Assembly (NCBI GenBank): GCA_907165135.1
Contig: OU015566.1
Span: 124,001 to 188,000 of the forward strand
Source: Oikopleura dioica
Taxonomy: Eukaryota > Animalia > Chordata
Direction of reading: 5' to 3'
DNA length: 64,000 bases
In this document: positions 34,901-49,900 of the stretch, in pieces
How the letters are laid out: each line of letters begins with the position of its first letter
Numbering within the stretch: position 1 is the stretch's first letter
Position numbers and translations under genes: made by a program
The notes under the pieces: model-generated
What the model saw: only the letters and a program-made list of their open reading frames with translations
What the model was told of the DNA's origin: nothing
Databases searched by the model: none

Positions 34901-37900
34901 TTCAAAAAAATAAATTTTTTTTTCGATGGTCATCGTTATCATGAATCGCCCAAAAACGAGGTCAAAATTTTGAAACTTCGTTGTTGGCCCTTATTTTATT
35001 TGCAGCGTTTCTGCTGTCTTCCGAGCGTTATTTTGATTGATTCTAAGCCTCTCAAATCAAACAGAAAAAAAATTTAAAAAAAAAAAATTTTTTTCGATGG
35101 TCATCGTTATCATGAATCGCCCAAAAACGAGGTCAAAATTTTGAAACTTCGTTTTTGGCCCTAATTTTATAAGCAGCGTGTCTTCCGTCTTCCGAGCGTC
35201 ATTTTGGTTGATTCTGAGCTTCTCAAAACCAACAGAAAAATAATTCAAAAAAAAAATTTTTTCGATGGTCATCGTTATCATGAATCGCCCAAAAACGAGG
35301 TCAAAATTTTGAAGCTTCGTTTTTTGCCCTTATTTTATTTGCAGCGTTTCTGTCGTCTTCCAAGCGTCATTTTGGTTGATTCTGAGTCTCTTAAAACCAA
35401 CAGAAAAAAAATTCAAAAATAAAAATTTTTTTTCGATGGTCATCGTTATCATGAATCGCACAAAAACGAGGTCAAAATTTTAAAATTTCGTTTTTTGCCC
35501 TAATTTTATTTGCAGCGTTTCTGCCGTCTTCCGAGCGTCATTCTGGTTGATTTTGAGCCTCTCAAAACAAACAGAAAAAAAAATTAAAAAAAAAATTTCT
35601 TTTTATCGATGGTCATCGTTATCATGAATCGCCCAAAACGAGGTCAAAATTTTGAAACTTCGTTTTTTGCCCTAATTTCATTTGCAGCGTTTCTGCCGTT
35701 TCCCAAGCGTCATTTTGGTTGATTCAGAGCCTCTTAAAACCAACAGAAAAAAAATTCAAAAATAAAAATTTTTTTTCGATGGTCATCGTTATCATAAATC
35801 GCCCAAAACGAGGTCAAAATTTTGAAACTTCGTTCTTTGCCCTTATTTTATTTGCAGCGTGTCTGCCGTCTTCTGAGCGTCATTTTGGTTGATTCTGAGT
35901 TTCTCAAAACCAACAGAAAAATAATCAAAAAAAAAAAATTTTTTCGATGGTCATCGTTATCGCCCAAAAACGAGGTCAAAATTTTGAGACTTCGTTTTTT
36001 GCCCTTATTTTATTTGCAGCGTTTCTGCCGTTCTCCAAGCGTCATTTTGGTTGATTCATGACCTCTCAAAACTAACAGAAAAAAATCAAAAAATTTTTTT
36101 CGATGGTCATCGTTATCATGAATCGCCCAAAAACGAGGTCAATATTTTGAAACTTCGTTTTTGCCCTTATTTCATTTGCAGCGTTTCTGCCGTCTTCCAA
36201 GCGTCATTTTGGTTGATTCTGAGCTTTTCAAAACCAACAGAAAAAAAAATTCAAAAAAATAAATTTTTTTTTCGATGGTCATCGTTATCATGAATCGCCC
36301 AAAAACGAGGTCAAAATTTTGAAACTTCGTTGTTGGCCCTTATTTTATTTGCAGCGTTTCTGCCGTCTTCCGAGCGTTATTTTGATTGATTCTAAGCCTC
36401 TCAAATCAAACAGAAAAAAAATTTAAAAAAAAAAAAATTTTTTTCGATGGTCATCGTTATCATGAATCGCCCAAAAACGAGGTCAAAATTTTGAAACTTC
36501 GTTTTTGGCCCTAATTTTATAAGCAGCGTGTCTTCCGTCTTCCGAGCGTCATTTTGGTTGATTCTGAGCTTCTCGAAACCAACAGAAAAATTATACAAAA
36601 AAAAAAATTTTTTCGATGGTCATCGTTATCATGAATCGCCCAAAAACGAGGTCAAAATTTTGAAGCTTCGTTTTTTGCCCTTATTTTATTTGCAGCGTTT
36701 CTGTCGTCTTCCAAGCGTCATTTTGGTTGATTCTGAGTCTCTCAAAACCAACAGAAAAAAAAATTCAAAAAAATAAATTTTTTTTTCGATGGTCATCGTT
36801 ATCATGAATCGCCCAAAAACGAGGTCAATATTTTGAAACTTCGTTTTTTGCCCTTATTTCATTTGCAGCGTTTCTGCCGTTTCCCAAGCGTCATTTTGGT
36901 TGATTCAGAGCCTCTAAAAACCAACAGAAAAAATTCAAAAATAAAAATTTTTTCGATGGTCATCGTTATCATGAATCGCCCAAAACGAGGTCAAAATTTT
37001 GAAACTTCGTTTTTTGCCTTAATTTAATTTGCATTGTTTTTGTTGTCTTCTGAGCGTCATTTTGGTTGATTTTGAGCCTATCAAAACCAACAGAAAAAAA
37101 ATTAAAAAAAATTTCTTTTTTTCGATGGTCATCGTTATCATGAATCGCCCAAAAACGAGATCAAAATTTTGAAACTTCGTTCTTTGCCCTTATTTTATTT
37201 GCAGCGTGTCTGCCGTCTTCTGAGTGTCATTTTGGTTGATTCTGAGTTTCTCAAAACCAACAGAAAAATAATCCAAAAAAAAAAATTTTTTCGATGGTCA
37301 TCGTTATCGCCCAAAAACGAGGTCAAAATTTTGAGACTTCGTTTTTTGCCCTTATTTTATTTGCAGCGTTTCTGCCGTTTTCCAAGCGTCATTTTGGTTG
37401 ATTCATGACCTCTCAAAACTAACAGAAAAAAAAAATTCAAAAAAATAAATTTTTTTTTCGATGGTCATCGTTATCATGAATCGCCCAAAAACGAGGTCAA
37501 AATTTTGAAACTTCGTTGTTGGCCCTTATTTTATTTGCAGCGTTTCTGCTGTCTTCCGAGCGTTATTTTGATTGATTCTAAGCCTCTCAAATCAAACAGA
37601 AAAAAAATTTAAAAAAAAAAAATTTTTTTCGATGGTCATCGTTATCATGAATCGCCCAAAAACGAGGTCAAAATTTTGAAACTTCGTTTTTGGCCCTAAT
37701 TTTATAAGCAGCGTGTCTTCCGTCTTCCGAGCGTCATTTTGGTTGATTCTGAGCTTCTCAAAATCAACAGAAAAATAATTCAAAAAAAAAATTTTTTCGA
37801 TGGTCATCGTTATCATGAATCGCCCAAAAACGAGGTCAAAATTTTGAAGCTTCGTTTTTGCCCTTATTTTATTTGCAGCGTTTCTGTCGTCTTCCAAGCG

Positions 37901-40900
37901 TCATTTTGGTTGATTCTGAGTCTCTCAAAACCAACAGAAAAAAATCCAAAAAAAAATTTTTTTTCGATGGTCATCGTTATCATGAATCGACCAAAAACGA
38001 GGTCAATATTTTGAAACTTCGTTTTTTGCCCTTATTTTATTTGCAGCGTTTCTGTCGTCTTCCAAGCGTCATTTTGGTTGATTCTGAGTCTCTCAAAATC
38101 AACAGAAAAAAAAAATCCAAAAAAAAAATTTTTTTTCGATGGTCATCGTTATCATGAATCGACCAAAAACAAGGTCAAAATTTTGAAACTTGGTTTTTTG
38201 CCCTTATTTTATTTGCAGCATTTCTGCCATCTTCTGGGCGTCATTTTGGTTGATTCTGATCTCTCAAAACCAATAGATAAAAGATGCAAAAAAATTTTTT
38301 TTTCGATGGTCATCGTTATCATGAATCGCCCTAAAACGAGGTCAAAATTTTGAAACTTCGTTCTTTGCCCTTATTTTATTTGCAGCGTGTCTGTTGTCTT
38401 CCAAGCGTCATTTTGGTTGATTCTGAGCTTCTCAAAACCAACAGAAAAAAAAAAATAATTTTTTTCGATGGTCATCGTTATCATGAATCCCCCAAAAACG
38501 AGGTCAAAATTTTGAAACTTCGTTTTTTGCCTTAATTTAATTTGCATTGTTTTTGTTCTCTTCTGAGCGTCATTTTGGTTGATTTTGAGCCTCTCAAAAC
38601 CAACAGAAAAAAAATTAAAAAAAATTTCTTTTTTTCGATGGTCATCGTTATCATGAATCGCCCAAAAACGAGGTCAAAATTTTGAAAATTCGTTTTTTGC
38701 TCTAGTTTTATTTGCAGCGTTTTTGCCGTCTTCAAAGCGTCATTTTGGCTGATTCTGAGCTTCTCAAAACCAACAGAAAAAAATTTTTTCGATGGTCATC
38801 GTTATCATGAATCGCCCAAAAACGAGGTCAAAATTTTGAAACTTCGTTTTTGCCCTAATTATATTTGCATTGTTTCTGCCGTTTTCCGAGCGTCATTTTG
38901 GTTGATTCTAAGCCTCTCAAAACAAACAGAAAAAAAAAAATTTTTTCGATGGTCATCGTTATCATGAATCGCCCAAAAACGAGGTCAAAATTTTGTAACT
39001 TCGTTTTTGCCCTAATTTTATTAGCAGCGTTTCTGCCGTCTTCCGAGCGTCATTTTGGTTGATTTTGAGCCTCTCAAAACCAACAGAAAAAAAAATAAAA
39101 AAAAAAATTTTTTTTTGATGGTCATCGTTATCATGAATCGCCCAAAAACGACGTCAAAATTTTGAAACTTCGTTTTTTGCCCTAATTATATTTGCATTAA
39201 TTCTGCTGTTCTCCGAGCGTCATTTTGGTTGATTCTGAGCATCTCAAAACCAACAGAAAAAAAATTAAAAAATAAAATTTTTTTTCGATGGTCATCGTTA
39301 TCATGAATCGCCCAAAACGAGGTCAAAATTTTGAAACTTCGTTTTTTGCCTTAATTTAATTTGCATTGTTTTTGTTGTCTTCTGAGCGTCATTTTGGTTG
39401 ATTTTGAGCCTCTCAAAACCAACAGAAAAAAAATTTAAATCAAATTTTTTTTTTTTCGATGGTCATCGTTATCATGAATCGCCCAAAAACGAGGTCAAAA
39501 TTTTGAAACTTCGTTCTTTGCCCTTATTTTATTTGCAGCGTGTCTGCCGTCTTCCGAGCGTCATTTTGGTTGATTCTGAGCTTCTCAAAACCAACAGAAA
39601 AATAATCCAAAAAAAAAAATTTTTTCGATGGTCATCGTTATCATGAATCGCCCAAAAACGAGGTCAAAATTTTAAAATTTCGTTTTTTGCCCTAATTTTA
39701 TTTGCAGCGTTTCTGCCGTCTTCCGAGCGTCATTTTGGTTGATTTTGAGCCTCTCAAAACCAACAGAAAAAAAAATTAAAAAAAAAATTTCTTTTTATCG
39801 ATGGTCATCGTTATCATGAATCGCCCAAAAACGAGGTCAAAATTTTGAAGCTTCGTTTTTTGCTCTCATTTTATTTGCAGCGTTTCTGCCGTCTTCCAAG
39901 CGTCATTTTGGTTGATTCTGAGCTTCTCAAAACCAACAGAAAAAAATCCAAAAAAAAAATTCTTTTTTCGATGGTCATCGTTATCATGAATCGCCCAAAA
40001 ACGAGGTCAAAATTTTGAAATTTCGTTTTTTGCCCTAATTTTATTTGCAGCGTTTCTGCCGTCTTCCGAGCGTTATTTTGGTTGATTCAGAGCCTCTCAA
40101 AACCAACAGAAAAAAGATTCAAAAAAAAATTTTTTTTCGATGGTCATCGTTATCATGAGTCGCCCAAAAATGAGGTCAAAATTTTAAAACTTCGTTTTTT
40201 GCCCTCATATTATTTGCATTGTTTCTGCCGTCTTCCAAGCGTCATTTTGGTTGATTCTGAGCCTCTCAAAACCAACAGAAAAAAAATTAAAAAATAAAAA
40301 TTTTTTTCGATGGTCATCGTTATCATGAATCGCCCAAAACGAGGTCAAAATTTTGAAACTTCGTTTTTTGCCCTAATTTCATTTGCAGCGTTTCTGCCGT
40401 TTCCCAAGCGTCATTTTGGTTGATTCAGAGCCTCTAAAAACCAACAGAAAAAAAATTCAAAAATAAAAATTTTTTTTCGATGGTCATCGTTATCATGAAT
40501 CGCCCAAAACGAGGTCAAAATTTTGAAACTTCGTTTTTTGCCCTTATTTTATTTGCAGCGTGTCTGCCGTCTTCTGAGCGTCATTTTGGTTGATTCTGAG
40601 CTTCTCAAAACCAACAGAAAAATAATCCAAAAAAAACAAATTTTTTCGATGGTCATCGTTATCATGAATCGCCCAAAAACGAGGTCAAAATTTTGAGACT
40701 TCGTTTTTTGCCCTTATTTTATTTGCAGCGTTTCTGCCGTTTTCCAAGCGTCATTTTGGTTGATTCATGACCTCTCAAAACTAACAGAAAAAAAAATCAA
40801 AAAAAAAATTTTTTTTCGATGGTCATCGTTATTATGAATCGCCCAAAAACGAGGTCAATATTTTGAAACTTCGTTTTTTGCCCTTATTTCATTTGCAGCG

Positions 40901-43900
40901 TTTCTGCCGTCTTCCAAGCGTCATTTTGGTTGATTCTGAGCTTCTCAAAACCAACAGAAAAAAAAATTCAAAAAAATAAATTTTTTTTTTCGATGGTCAT
41001 CGTTATCATGAATCGCCCAAAAACGAGGTCAAAATTTTGAAACTTCGTTGTTGGCCCTTATTTTATTTGCAGCGTTTCTGCCGTCTTCCGAGCGTCATTT
41101 TGATTGATTCTAAGCCTCTCAAATCAAACAGAAAAAAAAATTCAAAAAAAAAAATTTTTTTTCGATGGTCATCGTTATCATGAATCGCCCAAAAACGGGG
41201 TCAAAATTTTGAAACTTCGTTTTTGGCCCTAATTTTATAAGCAGCGTGTCTGCCGTCTACCGAGCGTCATTTTGGTTGATTCTGAGCTTCTCAAAACCAA
41301 CAGAAAAATAATTCAAAAAAAAAAATTTTTTCGATGGTCATCGTTATCATGAATCGCCCAAAAACGAGGTCAAAATTTTGAAGCTTCGTTTTTTGCCCTT
41401 ATTTTATTTGCAGCGTTTCTGTCGTCTTCCAAGCGTCATTTTGGTTGATTCTGAGTCTCTCAAAACCAACAGAAAAAAAAAATCCAAAAAAAAAATTTTT
41501 TTTTCGATGGTCATCGTTATCATGAATCGACCAAAAACAAGGTCAATATTTTGAAACTTCGTTTTTTGCCCTCATTTTATTTGCATTGTTTCTGCCGTCT
41601 TCCAAGCGTCATTTTGGTTGATTCTGAGTCTCTCAAAACCAACAGAAAAAAAAAAATCCAAAAAAAAAATTTTTTTTCGATGGTCATCGTTATCATGAAT
41701 CGACCAAAAACAAGGTCAAAATTTTGAAATGTGGTTTTTTGCCCTTATTTTATTTGCAGCATTTCTGCCATCTTCTGGGCGTCATTTTGGTTGATTCTGA
41801 TCTCTCAAAACCAATAGATAAAAGATGCAAAAAAATTTTTTTTTCGATGGTCATCGTTATCATGAATCGCCCTAAAACGAGGTCAAAATTTTGAAACTTC
41901 GTTCTTTGCCCATATTTTATTTGCAGCGTGTCTGTTGTCTTCCAAGCGTCATTTTGGTTGATTCTGAGCTTCTCAAAACCAACAGAAAAAAAAAAATAAT
42001 TTTTTTCGATGGTCATCGTTATCATGAATCCCCCAAAAACGAGGTCAAAATTTTGAAACTTCGTTTTTTGCCTTAATTTAATTTGCATTGTTTTTGTTCT
42101 CTTCTGAGCGTCATTTTGGTTGATTATGAGCCTCTCAAAACCAACAGAAAAAAAAATTAATAAAAATTTCTTTTTTTCGATGGTCATCGTTATCATGAAT
42201 CGCCCAAAAACGAGGTCAAAATTTTGAAAATTCGTTTTTTGCTCTAGTTTTATTTGCAGCGTTTTTGCCGTCTTCAAAGCGTCATTTTGGCTGATTCTGA
42301 GCTTCTCAAAACCAACAGAAAAAAAAAAATTTTTTTCGATGGTCATCGTTATCATGAATCGCCCAAAAACGAGGTCAAAATTTTGAAACTTCGTTTTTGC
42401 CCTAATTATATTTGCATTGTTTCTGCCGTTTTCCGAGCGTCATTTTGGTTGATTCTAAGCCTCTCAAAACAAACAGAAAAAAAATAAAAAAAAAAATTTT
42501 TTTTCGATGGTCATTGTTATCATGAATCGCCCAAAAACGAGGTCAAAATTTTGAAAATTCGTTTTTTGCTCTAGTTTTATTTGCAGCGTTTTTGCCGTCT
42601 TCAAAGCGTCATTTTGGCTGATTCTGAGCTTCTCAAAACCAACAGAAAAAAAAAAATTTTTTTCGATGGTCATCGTTATCATGAATCGCCCAAAAACGAG
42701 GTCAAAATTTTGAAACTTCGTTTTTGCCCTAATTATATTTGCATTGTTTCTGCCGTTTTCCGAGCGTCATTTTGGTTGATTCTAAGCCTCTCAAAACAAA
42801 CAGAAAAAAAATAAAAAAAAAAATTTTTTTTCGATGGTCATCGTTATCATGAATCGCCCAAAAACGAGGTCAAAATTTTTAAAACTTCGTTTTTTGCCCT
42901 AATTTTATTAGCAGCGTTTCTGCCGTCTTCCGAGCGTCATTTTGGTTGATTTTGAGCCTCTCAAAACCAACAGAAAAAAAAATAAAAAAAAAAATTTTTT
43001 TTTGATGGTCATCGTTATCATGAATCGCCCAAAAACGAGGTCAAAATTTTGAAACTTCGTTTTTTGCCCTTATTATATTTGCATTAATTCTGCTGTTCTC
43101 CGAGCGTCATTTTGGTTGATTCTGAGCCTCTCAAAACCAACAGAAAAAAAATTAAAAAATAAAAATTTTTTTCGATGGTCATCGTTATCATGAATCGCCC
43201 AAAACGAGGTCAAAATTTTGAAACTTCGTTTTTTGCCCTTATTTTATTTGCAGCGTTTCTGCCGTTTTCCAAGCGTCATTTTGGTTGATTCAGAGCCTCT
43301 AAAAACCAACAGAAAAAAAATTCAAAAATAAAAATTTTTTTTCGATGGTCATCGTTATCATGAATCGCCCAAAACGAGGTCAAAATTTTGAAACTTCGTT
43401 TTTTGCCTTAATTTGATTTGCATTGTTTTTGTTGTCTTTTGAGCGTCATTTTGGTTGATTTTGAGCCTCTCAAAACCAACAGAAAAAAAATTTAAAAAAA
43501 TTTTTTTCGATGGTCATCGTTATCATGAATCGCCCAAAAACGAGGTCAAAATTTTGAAACTTTGTTCTTTGCCCTTATTTTATTTGCAGCGTGTCTGCCG
43601 TCTTCCGAGCGTCATTTTGGTTGATTCTGAGCTTCTCAAAACCAACAGAAAAAATCCAAAAAATTTTTTCGATGGTCATCGTTATCATGAATCGCCCAAA
43701 AACGAGGTCAAAATTTTAAAATTTCGTTTTTGCCCTAATTTTATTTGCAGCGTTTCTGCCGTCTTCCGAGCGTCATTTTGGTTGATTTTGACCCTTTCAA
43801 AACCAACAGAAAAAAAAATTAAAAAAAAAATTCTTTTTATCGATAGTCATCGTTATCATGAATCGCCCAAAAACGAGGTCAAAATTTTGAAGCTTCGTTT

Positions 43901-46900
43901 TTTGCTCTCATTTTATTTGCAGCGTTTCTGCCGTCTTCCAAGCGTCATTTTGGTCGATTCTGAGCTTATCAAAACCAACAGAAAAAAATCCAAAAAAAAA
44001 ATTCTTTTTTCGATGGTCATCGTTATCATGAATCGCCCAAAAACGAGGTCAAAATTTTTAAATTTCGTTTTTTGCCCTAATTTTATTTGCAGCGTGTCTG
44101 CCGTCTTCCGAGCGTTATTTTGATTGATTCTGAGCCTCTAAAAACCAAGAGAAAAAAATTCAAAAATAAAAATTTTTTTTCGATGGTCATCGTTATAATG
44201 AATCGCCCAAAACGAGGTCAAAATTTTGAAACTTCGTTTTTTGCCTTAATTTCATTTGCAGCGTTTCTGCCGTTTTCCAAGCGTCATTTTTGTTGATTCA
44301 GAGCCTCTCAAAACCAACAGAAAAAAATTCAAAAATAAAAATTTTTTTTCGATGGTCATCGTTATCATGAATCGCCCAAAACGAGGTCAAAATTTTGAAA
44401 CTTCGTTTTTTGCTCTAATTTCATTTGCAGCGTTTCTGCCGTTTTCCAAGCGTCATTTTGGTTGATTCAGAGCCTCTCAAAACCAACAGAAAAAAAATTA
44501 AAAAAAAATTTTTTTTCGATGGTCATCGTTATCATGAATCGCCCGAAAACGAGGTCAAAATTTTGAAACTTCGTTTTTTGCCCTCATTTTATTTGCATTG
44601 TTTCTGCCGTCTTCCAAGCGTCATTTTGGTTGATTCTGAGCCTCTCAAAACCAACAGAAAAAAAATTAAAAAATAAAAATTTTTTTCGATGGTCATCGTT
44701 ATCATGAATCGCCCAAAAACGAGGTCAATATTTTGAAACTTCGTTTTTTGCCCTTATTTTATTTGCAGCGTTTCTGCCGTCTTCCAAGCGTCATTTTGGT
44801 TGATTCTGAGCTTCTCAAAACCAACAGAAAAAAATTCAAAAAATAAATTTTTTCGATGGTCATCGTTATCATGAATCGCCCAAAAACGAGGTGAAAATTT
44901 TGAAACTGTGTTTTTGGCCCTTATTTTATTTGCAGCGTTTCTGCCGTCTTCCGAGCGTTATTTGGATTGATTCTAAGCCTCTCAAAACAAACAGAAAAAA
45001 TTAAAAAAATTTTTTCGATGGTCATCGTTATCATGAATCGCCCAAAAACGAGGTCAAAATTTTGAAACTTCGTTTTTGCCCTTATTTTATTAGCAGCTTG
45101 TCTGCCGTCTTCCGAGCGTCATTTTGGTTGATTCTGAGCTTCTCAAAACCAACAGAAAAATAATTCAAAAAAAAAAATTTTTTCGATGGTCATCGTTATC
45201 ATGAATCGCCCAAAAACGAGGTCAAAATTTTGAAGCTTCGTTTTTTGCCCTTATTTTATTTGCAGCGCTTCTGCCGTCTTCCAAGCGTCATATCATATGA
45301 CTCATATGGTTGATTCTGAGCTTCTTAAAACCAAAAGAAAAAAATTCGAAAAAAAATTGTTTTTCGATGGTCATCGTTATCATGAATCGCCCAAAAACGA
45401 GGTCAATATTTTGAAACTTCGTTTTTTGCCCTAATTTTATTTGCAGCGTTTCTGTCGTCTTCCAAGCGTCATTTTGGTTGATTCTGAGTCTCTCAAAACC
45501 AACAGAAAAAAAAATCCAAAAAAAAAATTTTTTTTCGATGGTCATCGTTATCATGAATCGACCAAAAACAAGGTCAAAATTTTGAAACTTGGTTTTTGCC
45601 CTTATTTTATTTGCAGCGTTTCTGCCGTCTTCCGAGTGTCATTTTGGTTGATTCTGAGCCTCTCAAAATAAACAGAAAAAAATCCAAAAAAAAATTTTTT
45701 TTTTCGATGGTCATCGTTATCAAGAATCGCCCAAAAACGAGGTCAAAATTTTGAAACTTCGTTTTTTGCCCTTATTTTATTTGCAGCATTTCTGCCATCT
45801 TCTGGGCGTCATTTTGGTTGATTCTGATCTCTCAAAACCAATAGATAAAAGATGCAAAAAAATTTTTTTTTCGATGGTCATCGTTATCATGAATCGCCCT
45901 AAAACGAGGTCAAAATTTTGAAACTTCGTTCTTTGCCCTTATTTTATTTGCAGCGTGTCTGTTGTCTTCCAAGCGTCATTTAGGTTGATTCTGAGCTTCT
46001 CAAAACCAACAGAAACAGAAAAAAAAAATTTTTTTTCGATGGTCATCGTTATCATGAATCCCCCAAAAACGAGGTCAAAATTTTGAAACTTCGTTTTTTG
46101 CCTTAATTTAATTTGCATTGTTTTTGTTCTCTTCTGAGCGTCATTTTGGTTGATTTTGAGCCTCTCAAAACCAACAGAAAAAAAAATTAAAAAAAATTTC
46201 TTTTTTTCGATGGTCATCGTTATCATGAATCGCCCAAAAACGAGGTCAAAATTTTGAAAATTCGTTTTTTGCTCTAGTTTATTTGCAGCGTTTTTGCCGT
46301 CTTCCAAGCGTCATTTTGGTTGATTCTGAGCTTCTCAAAACCAACAGAAAAAAAAAAAATTTTTTTCGATGGCCATCGTTATCATGAATCGCCCAAAAAC
46401 GAGGTCAAAATTTTGAAACTTCGTTTTTGCCCTAATTATATTTGCATTGTTTCTGCCGTTTACCGAGCGTCATTTTGGTTGATTCTAAGCCTCTCAAAAC
46501 AAACAGAAAAAAAATTAAAAAAAAAATTTTTTTTCGATGGTCATCGTTATCATGAATCGCCCAAAAACGAGGTCAAAATTTTGAAACTTCGTTTTTGCCC
46601 TTATTATATTTGCATTGTTTCTGCCGTTTACCGAGCGTCATTTAGGTTGATTCTAAGCCTCTCAAAACAAACAGAAAAAAATTAAAAAAAAATTTTTCGA
46701 TGGTCGTCGTTATCATGAGTCGCCCAAAAACGAGGTCAAAATTTTGAAACTTCGTTTTTGCCCTAATTATATTTGCATTAATTCTGCTGTTCTCCGAGCG
46801 TCATTTTGGTTGATTCTGAGCCTCTCAAAACCAACAGAAAAAAAATTAAAAAATAAATATTTTTTTCGATGGTCATCGTTATCATGAATCGCCCAAAACG

Positions 46901-49900
46901 AGGTCAAAATTTTGAAACTTCGTTTTTTGCCCTTATTTTATTTGCAGCGTTTCTGCCGTTTTCCAAGCGTCATTTTGGTTGATTCAGAGCCTCTAAAAAC
47001 CAACAGAAAAAAAATTCAAAAATAAAAATTTTTTTTCGATGGTCATCGTTATCATGAATCGCCCAAAACGAGGTCAAAATTTTGAAACTTCGTTTTTTGC
47101 CTTAATTTAATTTGCATTGTTTTTGTTGTCTTCTGAGCGTCATTTTGGTTGATTTTGAGCCTCTCAAAACCAACAGAAAAAAAATTAAAAAAAATTTTTT
47201 TTTTTTCGATGGTCATCGTTATCATGAATCGCCCAAAAACGAGGTCAAAATTTTGAAACTTTGTTCTTTGCCCTTATTTTATTTGCAGCGTGTCTGCCGT
47301 CTTCCGAGCGTCATTTTGGTTGATTCTGAGCTTCTCAAAACCAACAGAAAAATAATCCAAAAAAAAAAATTTTTTCGATGGTCATCGTTATCATGAATCG
47401 CCCAAAAACGAGGTCAAAATTTTAAAATTTCGTTTTTTGCCCTAATTTTATTTGCAGCGTTTCTGCCGTCTTCCGAGCGTCATTTTGGTTGATTTTGACC
47501 CTTTCAAAACCAACAGAAAAAAAAATTAAAAAAAAATTTCTTTTTATCGATGGTCATCGTTATCATGAATCGCCCAAAAACGAGGTCAAAATTTTGAAGC
47601 TTCGTTTTTTGCTCTCATTTGATTTGCAGCGTTTCTGCCGTCTTCCAAGCGTCATTTTGGTTGATTCTGAGCTTCTCAAAACCAGCAGAAAAAAATCCAA
47701 AAAAAAAATTCTTTTTTCGATGGTCATCGTTATCATGAATCGCCCAAAAACGAGGTAAAAATTTTGAAATTTCGTTTTTTGCCCTAATTTTATTTGCAGC
47801 GTTTCTGCCGTCTTCCGAGCGTTATTTTGATTGATTCTGAGCCTCTAAAAACCAACAGAAAAAAATTCAAAAATAAAAATTTTTTTTCGATGGTCATCGT
47901 TATCATGAATCGCCCAAAACGAGGTCAAAATTTTGAAACTTCGTTTTTTGCCCTAATTTCATTTGTAGCGTTTCTGCCGTTTTCCAAGCGTCATTTTGGT
48001 TGATTCAGAGCCTCTCAAAACCAACAGAAAAAAAATTAAAAAAAAATTTTTTTTCGATGGTCATCGTTATCATGAATCGCCCGAAAACGAGGTCAAAATT
48101 TTGAAACTTCGTTTTTTGCCCTCATTTTATTTGCATTGTTTCTGCCGTCTTCCAAGCGTCATTTTGGTTGATTCTGAGCCTCTCAAAACCAACAGAAAAA
48201 AAATTAAAAAATAAAAATTTTTTCGATGGTCATCGTTATCATGAATCGCCCAAAAACGAGGTCAATATTTTGAAACTTCGTTTTTTGCCCTTATTTTATT
48301 TGCAGCGTTTCTGCCGTCTTCCAAGCGTCATTTTGGTTGATTCTGAGCTTCTCAAAACCAACAGAAAAAAAAATTCAAAAAAATAAATTTTTTTTTCGAT
48401 GGTCATCGTTATCATGAATCGCCCAAAAACGAGGTGAAAATTTTGAAACTGTGTTTTTGGCCCTTATTTTATTTGCAGCGTTTCTGCCGTCTTCCGAGCG
48501 TCATTTTGGTTGATTCTGAGCTTCTCAAAACCAACAGAAAAATAATTCAAAAAAAAAATTTTTTCGATGGTCATCGTTATCATGAATCGCCCAAAAACGA
48601 GGTCAAAATTTTGAAGCTTCGTTTTTTGCCCTTATTTTATTTGCAGCGCTTCTGCCGTCTTCCAAGCGTCATATGGTTGATTCTGAGCTTCTTAAAACCA
48701 AAAGAAAAAAATTCGAAAAAAAATTTTTTTTCGATGGTCATCGTTATCATGAATCGCCCAAAAACGAGGTCAATATTTTGAAACTTGGTTTTTGCCCTTA
48801 TTTTATTTGCAGCGTTTCTGCCGTCTTCCGAGTGTCATTTTGGTTGATTCTGAGTCTCTCAAAACCAACAGAAAAAAAAAATCCAAAAAAAAAATTTTTT
48901 TTCGATGGTCATCGTTATCATGAATCGACCAAAAACAAGGTCAAAATTTTGAAACTTGGTTTTTTGCCCTTATTTTATTTGCAGCGTTTCTGCCGTCTTC
49001 CGAGTGTCATTTTGGTTGATTCTGAGCCTCTCAAAGTAAACAGAAAAAAATCCAAAAAAAAATTTTTTTTTTCGATGGTCATCGTTATCAAGAATCGCCC
49101 AAAAACGAGGTCAAAATTTTGAAACTTCGTTTTTTGCCCTTATTTTATTTGCAGCATTTCTGCCATCTTCTGGGCGTCATTTTGGTTGATTCTGATCTCT
49201 CAAAACCAATAGATAAAAGATGCAAAAAAATTTTTTTTTCGATGGTCATCGTTATCATGAATCGCCCTAAAACGAGGTCAAAATTTTGAAACTTCGTTCT
49301 TTGCCCTTATTTTATTTGCAGCGTGTCTGTTGTCTTCCAAGCGTCATTTTGGTTGATTCTGAGCTTCTCAAAACCAACAGAAAAAAAAAAATTTTCGATG
49401 GTCATCGTTATCATGAATCCCCCAAAAACGAGGTCAAAATTTTGAAACTTCGTTTTTGCCTTAATTTAATTTGCATTGTTTTTGTTCTCTTCTGAGCGTC
49501 ATTTTGGTTGATTTTGAGCCTCTCAAAACCAACAGAAAAAAAAATTAAAAAAAATTTCTTTTTTTCGATGGTCATCGTTATCATGAATCGCCCAAAAACG
49601 AGGTCAAAATTTTGAAAATTCGTTTTTTGCTCTAGTTTTATTTGCAGCGTTTTCGCCGTCTTCCAAGCGTCATTTTGGTTGATTCTGAGCTTCTCAAAAC
49701 CAACAGAAAAAAAAATTTTTCGATGGCCATCGTTATCATGAATCGCCCAAAAACGAGGTCAAAATTTTGAAACTTCGTTTTTGCCCTAATTATATTTGCA
49801 TTGTTTCTGCCGTTTACCGAGCGTCATTTTGGTTGATTCTAAGCCTCTCAAAACAAACAGAAAAAATTAAAAAAATTTTTTCGATGGTCATCGTTATCAT

